From NCBI GenBank assembly GCA_044440125.1, contig JBITAJ010000004.1, positions 96,001 through 160,000 on the forward strand: a stretch of DNA of 64,000 nucleotides, given 5' to 3'. Positions 10,184 through 19,899 of the stretch are shown in pieces; positions within the stretch are counted from its first letter, which is position 1; every line of letters begins with the position of its first letter. The stretch is from Sedimentisphaeraceae bacterium JB056 (GTDB lineage Bacteria; Planctomycetota; Phycisphaerae; Sedimentisphaerales; Sedimentisphaeraceae). A program made the position numbers and the translations under genes. The notes beneath the pieces are model-generated. The model was not told where the DNA came from. It did not search any database and saw only the letters and a program-made list of their open reading frames with translations.

Positions 10184-10822
10184 TTAATTTATATGCCAAC
10201 TACGGTTGAGCAGACTTGTTCTGTCACACGCTTCTTCTTTGTTTACCGTCTCAACATGCCCGTCAAGATAAAGCATTGAAGAGTCAACAGTGTCATGCCA
10301 ATCCATCTCTTCACGCCATAATACACCCTGAACAGAAACATCGGAAATATAACTGCTGAAATCAGCCGTCCAATACTGATCTGCCATATAAAAAATTTCT
10401 GCCGGATTTCGCTTAACTGCAGAGGCTTTCAAGACTGTAGTTTTGTCACCTTCCATACTGAAATAAACATTTACGCAATAACTTGTTGGTATCAAACCTA
10501 ACAAATCATCTCCCTTTGCATTCTTTTTATCTAACGGACACCGAAAAACACTTGTAAGTTTTTTATTATCAGTATTAGAACTTCCAAAATATGGTTCCAA
10601 TGCAATTTTACCTTCAGGATTCTTGAAAAAATAAGCCTTGTAGTCCTCAACGTAAAGAATTGTAGCCAAACCTATTTGTCTTAGATTGTTTTTACAAAGC
10701 ACATTCCTCGCCTGATATCTTGCCTTTTTTAGTGCGGGCATCATTATCGCCATCAATACCGCAATAATTGAGATAACCACTAAAAGTTCTATTAAAGTAA
10801 AAGCCGCTTTTCTATTTTTCAT
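10184..10822 (-). CDS. Prepilin-type N-terminal cleavage/methylation protein with C-terminal H-X9-DG-type motif (DUF1559-like)
   Basis: [31 protein letters not shown]...C.NNLRQIG...CP.D...WH...LYLDGHV; start moved to ATG 10822, overlapping the GntR stop. Confidence 0.92.
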   Translation of the reverse strand: MKNRKAAFTLIELLVVISIIAVLMAIMMPALKKARYQARNVLCKNNLRQIGLATILYVEDYKAYFFKNPEGKIALEPYFGSSNTDNKKLTSVFRCPLDKKNAKGDDLLGLIPTSYCVNVYFSMEGDKTTVLKASAVKRNPAEIFYMADQYWTADFSSYISDVSVQGVLWREEMDWHDTVDSSMLYLDGHVETVNKEEACDRTSLLNRSWHIN

Positions 10823-11957
10823 TTTTAGCCTCTGCCCAATTAGTAAATGATTGTGGGAAACTCTCCCTGAATACCAACATTGTCTTAACAAAAGCGACTT
10901 TCTTTTCAGGCTTGTCGCTGTAACATATGTCCTCCACAAATTCAGCTATCTTTTCTCCAAAAACACTTAGATTTGGATAGAAGCCGGTAAGTGTAGGTCT
11001 TATAAAACTCCCGAGGAAAGATGTTTGCATCACAACAATCCGTAAATCCCGTGGGATTTGAAGACCTATATTGTCGCAGATTACAATTATCTCTGATGCA
11101 ATGTCTTCACCTTGAACAAGTAATGTTTTAGGTCTTCTCGGAGCCATAAGCATTTGAGTAATTTGTTGAATTGCGACATCATTTTGCTGGCTCACTGTAA
11201 AAGTATTACCTGAAACCAACCTTGGATATTTCAATTCATCGAGTTTATTAAGCCGATCTCTAAAATAAGCGTGATCACCAAATACCCCGGGCTTCACAAT
11301 AAAAACCATAGGCCAGGATTGGCTTTGATCTATACTGTACATTAAAGTATCAAACATATCATCTGTGTCAGCACTTACTCTGGGCAGGGACACTTCCTCA
11401 TCAACACCGCCGACGACAATTGCCGGTATATCATTGTCTGCAAAAAAACTTTTAACCCATGCCGGACAATGAGAAAGCGCAAAAACAATATTATCTCTTT
11501 TAGGTCTTGACCAATAATGATAATCAGCAATACACCGCAGCCCATCCACTCCATCAGTATTCGAATCAAAAACTATTGAAACAACATCAATATTTGGATT
11601 ATGATTTCTTACTCCCTCCCTTAATTCTACACTAAAAGGAGAATGAGCTTCTCTTATACTATAATCACTTATATCACATAGATTCAATATATAAAGCTGC
11701 TTGTTTGATTCAATAACTTTAGCCGTAAATTTATCTGAAATACAGGTCCCTCTTTTACCCTTTGACTCAACATAACCATACTCAGCCAATTTCTTATAAG
11801 CCTCAGCCACCGTAACATGTGCAAAACCGGTATCCTTGCTCATTTCTCTTATTGGAGGAAGTTTATCGCCCTGAGTCAGACCGTTAACAGACACGAAGCG
11901 AGCAACCGCTTCAACGACATTTTTTTGTTTACCTGTAAGATTCTTCATTAAAACCAT
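10812..11957 (-). CDS. GntR-family transcriptional regulator with LacI-like sugar-binding C-terminal domain
   Basis: [10 protein letters not shown]...TVAEAYKKL...GYV...KRGT wHTH; C-terminal GLQIPRDL...PTLT. Confidence 0.85.
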   Translation of the reverse strand: MVLMKNLTGKQKNVVEAVARFVSVNGLTQGDKLPPIREMSKDTGFAHVTVAEAYKKLAEYGYVESKGKRGTCISDKFTAKVIESNKQLYILNLCDISDYSIREAHSPFSVELREGVRNHNPNIDVVSIVFDSNTDGVDGLRCIADYHYWSRPKRDNIVFALSHCPAWVKSFFADNDIPAIVVGGVDEEVSLPRVSADTDDMFDTLMYSIDQSQSWPMVFIVKPGVFGDHAYFRDRLNKLDELKYPRLVSGNTFTVSQQNDVAIQQITQMLMAPRRPKTLLVQGEDIASEIIVICDNIGLQIPRDLRIVVMQTSFLGSFIRPTLTGFYPNLSVFGEKIAEFVEDICYSDKPEKKVAFVKTMLVFRESFPQSFTNWAEAKNEK

Positions 11958-11963
11958 AAAACG

Positions 11964-11991
11964 AGTATAACAAAAAAAAATACCACGTCAA
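11964..11991 (-). promoter_or_regulatory. Sigma70-like promoter for the GntR operon
   Basis: TTGACG-N16-TATACT with extended TG on the minus strand, ending 6 nt before ATG 11957. Confidence 0.6.
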
Positions 11992-12102
11992 CATAAATAT
12001 AACAAAAAAAAAGAGAATCCTGACAAAAACACTTCAAAGCCATCTAAAAAGACTAATACGTTATGCTTTATGTTATATTTTGCAAAAATTCAACATACCA
12101 TA

Positions 12103-12130
12103 TTGACTTACAAATCATATTTGTTATAAA
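12103..12130 (+). promoter_or_regulatory. Sigma70-like promoter for the SSS transporter
   Basis: TTGACT-N16-TATAAA with extended TG. Confidence 0.55.
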
Positions 12131-12172
12131 TTAGAAAATAGATTAACCCAACAAAACACTAAAGGACTAACT

Positions 12173-13717
12173 ATGAACACAAGATTTGATATAGCAAATT
12201 ACGCCTTAATGATCTTTTATTTAGGCTTCACTATATTAATAGGAATTATATTTTCCAAAAAAGAAAAAAACACAGAAGAATACTTTCTTGGAGGCAGATG
12301 CATACCAACATTCGTCATAGCCGTTTCAATGTTTGTTACAGTCTTTAGTGCAATTTCTTTCGTCGCAGTGCCTGGCGAAGCTTTCGCAAATGGACTGAGT
12401 ATGTTTATCAGCACATTGATTATACCAATCGGAACCATAGTAGGCTTCAGCATGTTCGTCAAATTTTATTTCAAAGCAAACGCCTTCACTCCTTTTACAT
12501 ATCTGGAACAAAGATACGACAGAAACATTAGAATACTAATCAGTGTCATATTCATATTAATGAAACTCTTCTATCTTGGAATAGTAATGTATGCATCTGC
12601 AAAATGCTTTAAGGGTGCCACAGGATGGCCGATATGGAAAACAATACTTATTGTTGGCATTATTGGTATATTCTATACAACTCTCGGAGGAATGAAAGCT
12701 GTTGTATGGACTGACTTTTTGCAATTTTTCATATTAGTAATCGGTCTGGGAGTCGTATTCTGGAAAATATTTACAACTGTTGACGGCGGTATCATAGGCA
12801 CCGTTTCTTATGCCTTTGAAAATGAAAGAGGGTTTGAAGTTCTTAAGGACATGAAGACATTTACCAGTTTCAGCATTTTTGAACGATTCACAGTATGGAT
12901 GATGCTTCTCTCGGCAATTGGAACCTACACCTTTACATACGGATGCGACCAGATGACCATCCAAAGACTCCTAAGCACATCATCTTACAGAGAAGCAAGA
13001 AAGGCAACCATAACGAATGTAATCCTCATAATACCTATTATAGGCATGTTCTGGCTTATAGGACTTGGACTCTTCAGCTTCTACAACTCTACAGGCAATA
13101 CATTACCTGACGGAATTCACCAAAATGAGGTAATGAGTTATTTCATGATCCACGAATTACCAACACCTGTACCCGGCTTGCTAATGGCCGCCCTGCTCGC
13201 GGCAGTCATGAGTACAATAGACTCTGGCATGAACAGCCTTTCTGCCGTCTTTGTCAAAGATATATATATCACTCATTTCAACCCTCAATCCACCACAGAG
13301 CAAGAAATGAAAATTTCCAGAATCACAACAATTGTATGGGGCATAATATTCATAGCCTTTGGAATTACAGTAGGGAACCTCTCTGAGAATATAGTTAGCA
13401 GCGTTTTTGAAATCGCTGGTATATGGGGAGCATTGTTTGGTATTCCAGCAGGCGCTTTTCTGCTTGGAGTTACGACAAAAAGAGCTCACAAAGGTATTAT
13501 ATATGCCTGTTCTGCAATATCAATTATTGCATTATCTGCCTTGGTATACAACTATTACACCGCCGAACTTTCACACCGAATATCATTCAATATTGTAGGA
13601 ACAAGCCCATTCATAGTAATGATAATAATAGGCTACCCCCTATGTATGCTTTGGCCGGCAAAAGAAGATACCAAATCAACTGAAGGACTAACTTTGTGGA
13701 CATATAAAAAATCTTGA
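12173..13717 (+). CDS. Sodium:solute symporter (SSS/SLC5), probable sugar uptake
   Basis: YFLGGR, YLEQRY, YTTLGGMKAVVWTD, DQMTIQR, AAVMSTIDSGMNS; many TM helices. Confidence 0.93.
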   Translation: MNTRFDIANYALMIFYLGFTILIGIIFSKKEKNTEEYFLGGRCIPTFVIAVSMFVTVFSAISFVAVPGEAFANGLSMFISTLIIPIGTIVGFSMFVKFYFKANAFTPFTYLEQRYDRNIRILISVIFILMKLFYLGIVMYASAKCFKGATGWPIWKTILIVGIIGIFYTTLGGMKAVVWTDFLQFFILVIGLGVVFWKIFTTVDGGIIGTVSYAFENERGFEVLKDMKTFTSFSIFERFTVWMMLLSAIGTYTFTYGCDQMTIQRLLSTSSYREARKATITNVILIIPIIGMFWLIGLGLFSFYNSTGNTLPDGIHQNEVMSYFMIHELPTPVPGLLMAALLAAVMSTIDSGMNSLSAVFVKDIYITHFNPQSTTEQEMKISRITTIVWGIIFIAFGITVGNLSENIVSSVFEIAGIWGALFGIPAGAFLLGVTTKRAHKGIIYACSAISIIALSALVYNYYTAELSHRISFNIVGTSPFIVMIIIGYPLCMLWPAKEDTKSTEGLTLWTYKKS

Positions 13718-13907
13718 AACTACTCCTACATATGTAAAAAAGCGAACAAAATTTTAGAACAACCCCAATACACCCCTGAGATAACACCTTGATGGAATAG
13801 AAAATCTATTAAGGAGTATAGCAATGCGCCATAATAAAGCGCCACCGGTGCGCCTACATTTCACCATCTTAATAAACAAGTAAATCATATTAAACAGGAA
13901 ATTAAAA

Positions 13908-16900
13908 ATGAAAAATACCTTTTTAGTTATCTCATCAACACTACTAATTCTCTTATCAGGTACTATCTTAGCAGTAAGTGAATATTCGAATACCTGGGAA
14001 GGATCATATGAAGCTTCAACATCACCAACTAATGATGGCTGGACTGGAGCCGGATTATATTACGACATGGAAAATTGCAGTAACGGCATACTGACTTTAG
14101 ACTCATACGACAATGATAAATACGGATACTACTATCTCACCAATAATCCTGCATTTGATTTTTCCCAAGGCGCAACAGTTGAATTTAGAGCAAAAGTAAA
14201 TATCTCCCAAGGTTCAGCAATAAGATTTACAATTCGTGACTCAAATAATTATGAAGTTGCTTTTGAGATTCTCACTGACAGAATCAATTTCACAAATATG
14301 GGTACTTGCTGGCTGACAACCACCGATGCTTATCATACTTTCAGACTGCATGTCAAAACCGGAACAAACCAATTCAAAGTTTATATAGACAACAACAGCA
14401 GCCCATTACATACAGCCTCCATACCCACTACATCCGGTGGCTCCTTGTTTCAATTTGGAGATTACACAACTCCAAATGACTCCGATTGGGATATTGACTA
14501 CATAAGATGGACAAACACAGACAGCTACGAACCTGCCGCGATAACAGCAGATTCAGCAACATGGGAAAATTCCTATGAAGCAGATGATACCCCAGACAAT
14601 TGCGGCTGGACGACAGGAGGAACTGCACCAACCGTCTCAAATGGTCTTGCTGCGATTGATACATACGATAACGATACAGTTGGTTACTGGACTTACGATA
14701 CGGGGTCATGCCTCGACTTTTCTACGGGAGCTACACTTGAAATCAGAGCAAAGGTTAATGAATGTCAAGGTGGAGCAACAACATCATTATACGTTACAGA
14801 TACTACCGGACGACTAATATTTATGGAATTGCAGGAAACTGTATTTAACTTCTCAGGATTAGGAACTTACGCCTTTGACACAACGGATGCCTTCCACACA
14901 TACCGAATAAGTATGGGACTTGGAACCGACAATATCAAACTTTATATAGATGGAAATGAAACTGCCGCTTACACAAGAACCTACGGCACTGCTACAGCTG
15001 CTGCCGGAACTTTTAGGATTGGTGACTTAACAGGCGTAAATGATGCAGACTGGGAGATTGATTATATAAGATGGACTGACACCTGCGCTATGGCACCTGG
15101 TTCAACAGGAATATCCCATACATGGGAAGGAATATACGAGGCAGACAACTTACCAAGCAGTGAAGGCTGGACAGCATCAGGCTATGCTTCAACTGTCTCC
15201 ACCTGCGACGGGGCAATCTTAAACATGGACACCTTTGACAACAACCAGACAGCTCTTTGGACATTAACATCCGCTCCAGCGTTTGATTTTGATTTAGGAG
15301 CTACTATAGAATTCCGTGCGAAGACTATTAAGAATGCCTCTGAAACAGGTGGATTCAAAATAATCGCACAAGACTCTAACAACCAAAAAGTAGAAGTTAG
15401 CTTTGCAAACAACAAGCTCTCTATAAATGGTGGTACAGAAATCGGTATCTTAACAGACGCATACGAAATATATAGATTAGCCATAAAAAGTGAAACAAAC
15501 AATATTAAGCTGTATATTGGAGATAAAAAATGGCCTGTCATTACCGGTACCGTTACGACTGGAACCGGCGGAGCGATGCTGCAATTTGGTGACAATTCAA
15601 CTACTGCCGACGCAGAGATAGACATTGATTATATACGCTGGACTTGCAGTAACAGCATTGTACCGCCAACGATATATATCACAGACATGAGTGAAGCTCT
15701 CCCAGCTACTGCAACAAGCACATCTCTTGCTTCTGATAAATGGTATCTTATACCATATGAAACAGGAGATTTCACCGGAACTATGGCAACAGCAAGCTCA
15801 TTAGTAACCGCACCGGAATTAACAATACCGCTTAATAATGCCTCTGGATGGCACGCTATCTACATAGGATTCTGGTCGCCAATATACCTTAATCAGGGTG
15901 ATACGGCAACATTATTCAGGGCTAAACTAACTGGTGACAATGCCTTTATACCATTGAAGTATGCAGGAACCCCCGACTCACAAACTATAACCTGGCTCAA
16001 AGAATTACACTGGGGTATAAGAGATCTCACCGGCAAAAATCTGATTATAACAAAACCTAATGGAGCCGTTTCAAAACAGCTCAATCTGGCATATGTAAAA
16101 TTGGTACCATTGAGCGAACCTCAAGCCCAAGCAATAAGAACAGATCGAGCAACATCTGCCAACAGGAATCTAACTGCCGTAATTGACGGCATGACATACT
16201 TCTATGATTATGAAGTTGGTGATGAGGATGATGCGATGGATATTCTCGAACCATACAGATATTCTGATGTAGAAAAAGTTTTATGGGCGGTAAACTACGG
16301 TGAACGAACAAACTATCCATCAACTGTTACCGGTACAACTTTCATGGCAAGTACCGATAGCAGGCTTTCTTTGCTCACAACTGGATATGGAGCAAGTGAT
16401 TACGTCAGAAGCCAAATTCAAATGTACGACACATTGAATAGTCTCAGCACTTCCAATATAATAATTCAAGATGAAGCCGCGGACTACGCACATTCAATGG
16501 GACTTGACTTTGATATCATGATCCGACTTGGCATGATTGGAGGGTTAGACCCTTGGTTGTGGGATAATGATGGTTTCGTAAACAACAATCCTGCTTATCG
16601 ACAGAAAAAAAGAAGTGGCAGATACGCAAACAAAGCCAGCTATGCTTATTCACAAACCAGAGCTTTTGTGATTGATATAATTGAAGAATCACTTGGACTT
16701 ATAGATGCAGATGGTGTTAACCTTTGTTTCGTAAGAGGTCCACACTTTCTTCAATATGAACAACCAATTGCAGATAAGTTATACGCAGACTACTCGGTAA
16801 CTATTAACCAAGTTGATGACGATGACTATAGATTAATTGCAGTTAAGGAATATTTCATGAATCTCTTTGTTGAAGAAGTACGGACAGCCATAGATGCTAT

Positions 16901-17369
16901 AGATAACAGCATTAAGCTCTCTGTATGGGTTTGGCCTCAGGATCAAACGGTATGGTGCGGTTCTACACCCGAAGAGGAAGGGTTAGACGTTGAATACTGG
17001 ATTGAACAAGGTTGGATAGATGCTGTAATCTGCCAGGAAGGAATAGACGCAGGATATAAATCAAAGTGCGCAACTTACGGCTGCGAATTTATTTATTTCT
17101 CCGGCTACCACGACAGCTTGGCAATGAGTACAAGCAATGTGGCTTCCGCCTACGATAATGGAGTTGACAAATTTGCCTACTTCGATATTGACTGTGCTCA
17201 AATCAATCCTGAATCATGGGCATGGATATCAAGAATTGGTCACGAAGAAGAAATGTACAATTTTGATGCATATAACATATTCAATGTTTCAAGGCTAATC
17301 AGATTGTATGAAGTCAATGATGTCGATGTATATGAAAGTATTGAAGACGCTGTTTATTCTGGTGGTTAA
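13908..17369 (+). CDS. Secreted modular putative glycoside hydrolase: three lectin-like domains + TIM-barrel module
   Basis: 1153 aa with signal peptide, three ...IDYIRW repeats, then YITDMS...IDGMT...FDIMIRLG...DGVNLCFVRGPH...DAVYSGG. Confidence 0.85.
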   Translation: MKNTFLVISSTLLILLSGTILAVSEYSNTWEGSYEASTSPTNDGWTGAGLYYDMENCSNGILTLDSYDNDKYGYYYLTNNPAFDFSQGATVEFRAKVNISQGSAIRFTIRDSNNYEVAFEILTDRINFTNMGTCWLTTTDAYHTFRLHVKTGTNQFKVYIDNNSSPLHTASIPTTSGGSLFQFGDYTTPNDSDWDIDYIRWTNTDSYEPAAITADSATWENSYEADDTPDNCGWTTGGTAPTVSNGLAAIDTYDNDTVGYWTYDTGSCLDFSTGATLEIRAKVNECQGGATTSLYVTDTTGRLIFMELQETVFNFSGLGTYAFDTTDAFHTYRISMGLGTDNIKLYIDGNETAAYTRTYGTATAAAGTFRIGDLTGVNDADWEIDYIRWTDTCAMAPGSTGISHTWEGIYEADNLPSSEGWTASGYASTVSTCDGAILNMDTFDNNQTALWTLTSAPAFDFDLGATIEFRAKTIKNASETGGFKIIAQDSNNQKVEVSFANNKLSINGGTEIGILTDAYEIYRLAIKSETNNIKLYIGDKKWPVITGTVTTGTGGAMLQFGDNSTTADAEIDIDYIRWTCSNSIVPPTIYITDMSEALPATATSTSLASDKWYLIPYETGDFTGTMATASSLVTAPELTIPLNNASGWHAIYIGFWSPIYLNQGDTATLFRAKLTGDNAFIPLKYAGTPDSQTITWLKELHWGIRDLTGKNLIITKPNGAVSKQLNLAYVKLVPLSEPQAQAIRTDRATSANRNLTAVIDGMTYFYDYEVGDEDDAMDILEPYRYSDVEKVLWAVNYGERTNYPSTVTGTTFMASTDSRLSLLTTGYGASDYVRSQIQMYDTLNSLSTSNIIIQDEAADYAHSMGLDFDIMIRLGMIGGLDPWLWDNDGFVNNNPAYRQKKRSGRYANKASYAYSQTRAFVIDIIEESLGLIDADGVNLCFVRGPHFLQYEQPIADKLYADYSVTINQVDDDDYRLIAVKEYFMNLFVEEVRTAIDAIDNSIKLSVWVWPQDQTVWCGSTPEEEGLDVEYWIEQGWIDAVICQEGIDAGYKSKCATYGCEFIYFSGYHDSLAMSTSNVASAYDNGVDKFAYFDIDCAQINPESWAWISRIGHEEEMYNFDAYNIFNVSRLIRLYEVNDVDVYESIEDAVYSGG

Positions 17370-17400
17370 ACTTAATAATAATCTGATAAGTGACTAATAT

Positions 17401-17442
17401 TAAACCCCAGTCAAGAAACAAGCTTTCCTAAACTGGGGTTTA
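17401..17442. terminator. Bidirectional terminator-like hairpin
   Basis: TAAACCCCAGT...ACTGGGGTTTA between convergent genes. Confidence 0.6.
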
Positions 17443-17455
17443 TACTTATTGCAAA

Positions 17456-18838
17456 CTAATTCCTTAACCACTTAGGCAGCATATCACCAAGTGATTGTAC
17501 AAGATCATCAAACAACACCTCTATTTCAAGCGGTTCGAGAGATGCTCCTGTTAAAGGATCAAGAAGCATGGCATATAAAATAGATTGGCGGTCTCTATTA
17601 ACAATCGCATTTATAACTTGCGACTGTACATCAACATTACGTTGACAAAGAGCGGCACACTGACTCGGAATATTACCAAGCCCCTCAGGATGAATTCCAA
17701 TACCATCAACGTATGCAGGAACCTCAACCACGCAACCTTGAGAGAGATTAGTTACAAATCCGTTGTTTTCAACATTCAAGCTCATTCTTCGTGGAGTATT
17801 CGTAAGAATCGAATGAATAATTCGACCTGAATATTCCTCTGAAAGCTTAATTTCCACAGGTTCTCCGCTCGCAATCTGTTCCATGTGTTTGCGATGAGTA
17901 ATCCCATGTATGCCATCGTAAAGCTGAATATCCCAAGCCTTAGGAATCATCTGTTCCACCTGCCCGCCTCCACCACTTGAAGGCGTGATAATATACCCTT
18001 CCCATCCTCCCATAGCTATATTTAAATTGCCTGCCTCTTCACTGCAAACCTTTAAATCAGCAAACCTGCGAGTAAAATATGGTAAATACTCCGCTATATG
18101 ATACGGACTCTCTGTAACAAAATAACCAAACGTTTTCATTATTGAGCCACGGATTGGATCATCTTCCATAATCATCTGCATCTTTTCCCAAAGCATAGGA
18201 TAAACATTTTGCCCATTATCGCTAAGACTCAACAACCAGCACATATGATTTATGCCACCAGCTTTCGTCTCAAGACCGCCATCCAGACCAAGATACTTCG
18301 CAAGTCTCGTAAGCGTATGCTCCAAACCGTGACACATTCCAATACATTTAATTGTTGTAAGTTCATTGACTGCCCAACAATTTATCGCCATCGGATTCAC
18401 ATAATTCAACAACCAGGCATTCGGACAATATACCTCCATATCACGGGCAATATCAACAAGCACAGATGAAGTCCTTATACCTTTAAATATTCCACCCGGG
18501 CCAAGCGTATCGCCAACAGCCTGTGGCACGCCGTGTTTCATTGGAACCCCAACTTCAATTCTTCTGGCATCTAACCCATCTGGGTCAAACATTGCAAGTA
18601 CAAAATCAGCACCATCTATTGCCCTAACACGATTGCTTTCTGCTACAATATTAATATTAGCTCCAACCTGCTTATTAATTTGCAATGCAAGCTTATAAAT
18701 TATCTCAAGTTTTTTGCTATCAATATCCATTAACCTTAATTCCATATCATGCATCTCTTCAAAAGTCAAAAGATCTACAATAATCTTACGGGCAAAAATA
18801 AAACTACCCGCTCCAATAAATGTTACTACCGGTTTCAT
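17456..18838 (-). CDS. NAD+-dependent glycoside hydrolase GH4 (MelA-type alpha-galactosidase-like)
   Basis: IGAGS, GDTLGPGG, NYVNP, GMCHG, GINHM, ESPYHIAEY, LLDPLT. Confidence 0.92.
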   Translation of the reverse strand: MKPVVTFIGAGSFIFARKIIVDLLTFEEMHDMELRLMDIDSKKLEIIYKLALQINKQVGANINIVAESNRVRAIDGADFVLAMFDPDGLDARRIEVGVPMKHGVPQAVGDTLGPGGIFKGIRTSSVLVDIARDMEVYCPNAWLLNYVNPMAINCWAVNELTTIKCIGMCHGLEHTLTRLAKYLGLDGGLETKAGGINHMCWLLSLSDNGQNVYPMLWEKMQMIMEDDPIRGSIMKTFGYFVTESPYHIAEYLPYFTRRFADLKVCSEEAGNLNIAMGGWEGYIITPSSGGGGQVEQMIPKAWDIQLYDGIHGITHRKHMEQIASGEPVEIKLSEEYSGRIIHSILTNTPRRMSLNVENNGFVTNLSQGCVVEVPAYVDGIGIHPEGLGNIPSQCAALCQRNVDVQSQVINAIVNRDRQSILYAMLLDPLTGASLEPLEIEVLFDDLVQSLGDMLPKWLRN

Positions 18839-18974
18839 TATCCAATCCAATCTAATTTAACACATAAAAATTAATTTCAACTCTATAGATTATATCAATT
18901 GCAACATATTAGATATGACAATTATTGCATAAAAAACATGGATTATTCTAACATCTATGGTATCATAGTAATAA

Positions 18975-19820
18975 ATGACTAACTTACTTGAAAACTATAA
19001 GCCATACTCTATTGACAATTCTCAATGGGACACGGCTCTCTCAAAAAAACCTTCAAGAGAGCTGTCTGTTGCATACGTACAACGTTATAATGGTCCTTAT
19101 ACTAAGAAACAACCAACAACACATAACTTCTGGGAAATTGGTGCAATATTGGGTGGAAAAACAGAACTCCATTTAGACAAAACTCATTTTCTTAAATATG
19201 GCGATATCTTCCTTTTAGCACCCAACACTGTCCACTTTGAATATGCACCAAAAAAAATGGAAATTATTTGGATAGGGCTAACAGGATCTGCACTTGAATC
19301 TATTAAAGTTATACCACTTAGAAAAAACTGTTCACCTGAATTAGTCCCATGGTTTGAAACCATTTGGCAAACTGCTCATCACTGTCACGGCTCTACCGGA
19401 CCTGAGCTTGAAGGACTGGCCAAAACAATATTGTCCCGTTTCTTACGATTTCTAACAAATGAATCTTCAACAACAATAAACTTAACTTTAGAATGGATGG
19501 AAAAAAACTATGCCCGAAATTTTACGGTATCATTACTCGCAGAAATTCTATGTTGCAGTGAAGGACACCTCTATAGGCTCTTCAAAAAATATAAAAACCA
19601 GACACCTATCCAAACTTTAACAAAAATAAGACTAAGACATGCCTTGCAAATGATGGAAAATACAAATCTTAAACAAAAAGAGATTGCAAAATTAGTAGGA
19701 TACAAAGACCCTCTTTATTTTTCACGAATATTAAAAAAAACAAGTTATGAAAGTTCACAACCTTTTACCGCTACCCAAACTAACGCTAAGAAAATAAACA
19801 AGATTTGTCCGATCTTCTGA
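18975..19820 (+). CDS. AraC-family transcriptional regulator with cupin sensor domain
   Basis: THNFWE...APNTVH cupin; IAKLVGYKDPLYFSR HTH; divergent from GH4. Confidence 0.92.
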   Translation: MTNLLENYKPYSIDNSQWDTALSKKPSRELSVAYVQRYNGPYTKKQPTTHNFWEIGAILGGKTELHLDKTHFLKYGDIFLLAPNTVHFEYAPKKMEIIWIGLTGSALESIKVIPLRKNCSPELVPWFETIWQTAHHCHGSTGPELEGLAKTILSRFLRFLTNESSTTINLTLEWMEKNYARNFTVSLLAEILCCSEGHLYRLFKKYKNQTPIQTLTKIRLRHALQMMENTNLKQKEIAKLVGYKDPLYFSRILKKTSYESSQPFTATQTNAKKINKICPIF

Positions 19821-19877
19821 GCTCTATTTTAGCTTTAGACTATTGAATTAATTTACCAGAGATTTGAAAAAAGACTC

Positions 19878-19899
19878 TTTTGAGGGCATTTTGAGGGCA
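19878..19899. repeat. 11-bp direct repeat x2, resembling an integrase arm-type site
   Basis: TTTTGAGGGCA TTTTGAGGGCA. Confidence 0.55.

Noticed and set aside
10823..10939. N-terminal extension of the prepilin ORF in the track
   Set aside because: Overlaps GntR deeply; the prepilin leader implies a start at ATG 10822
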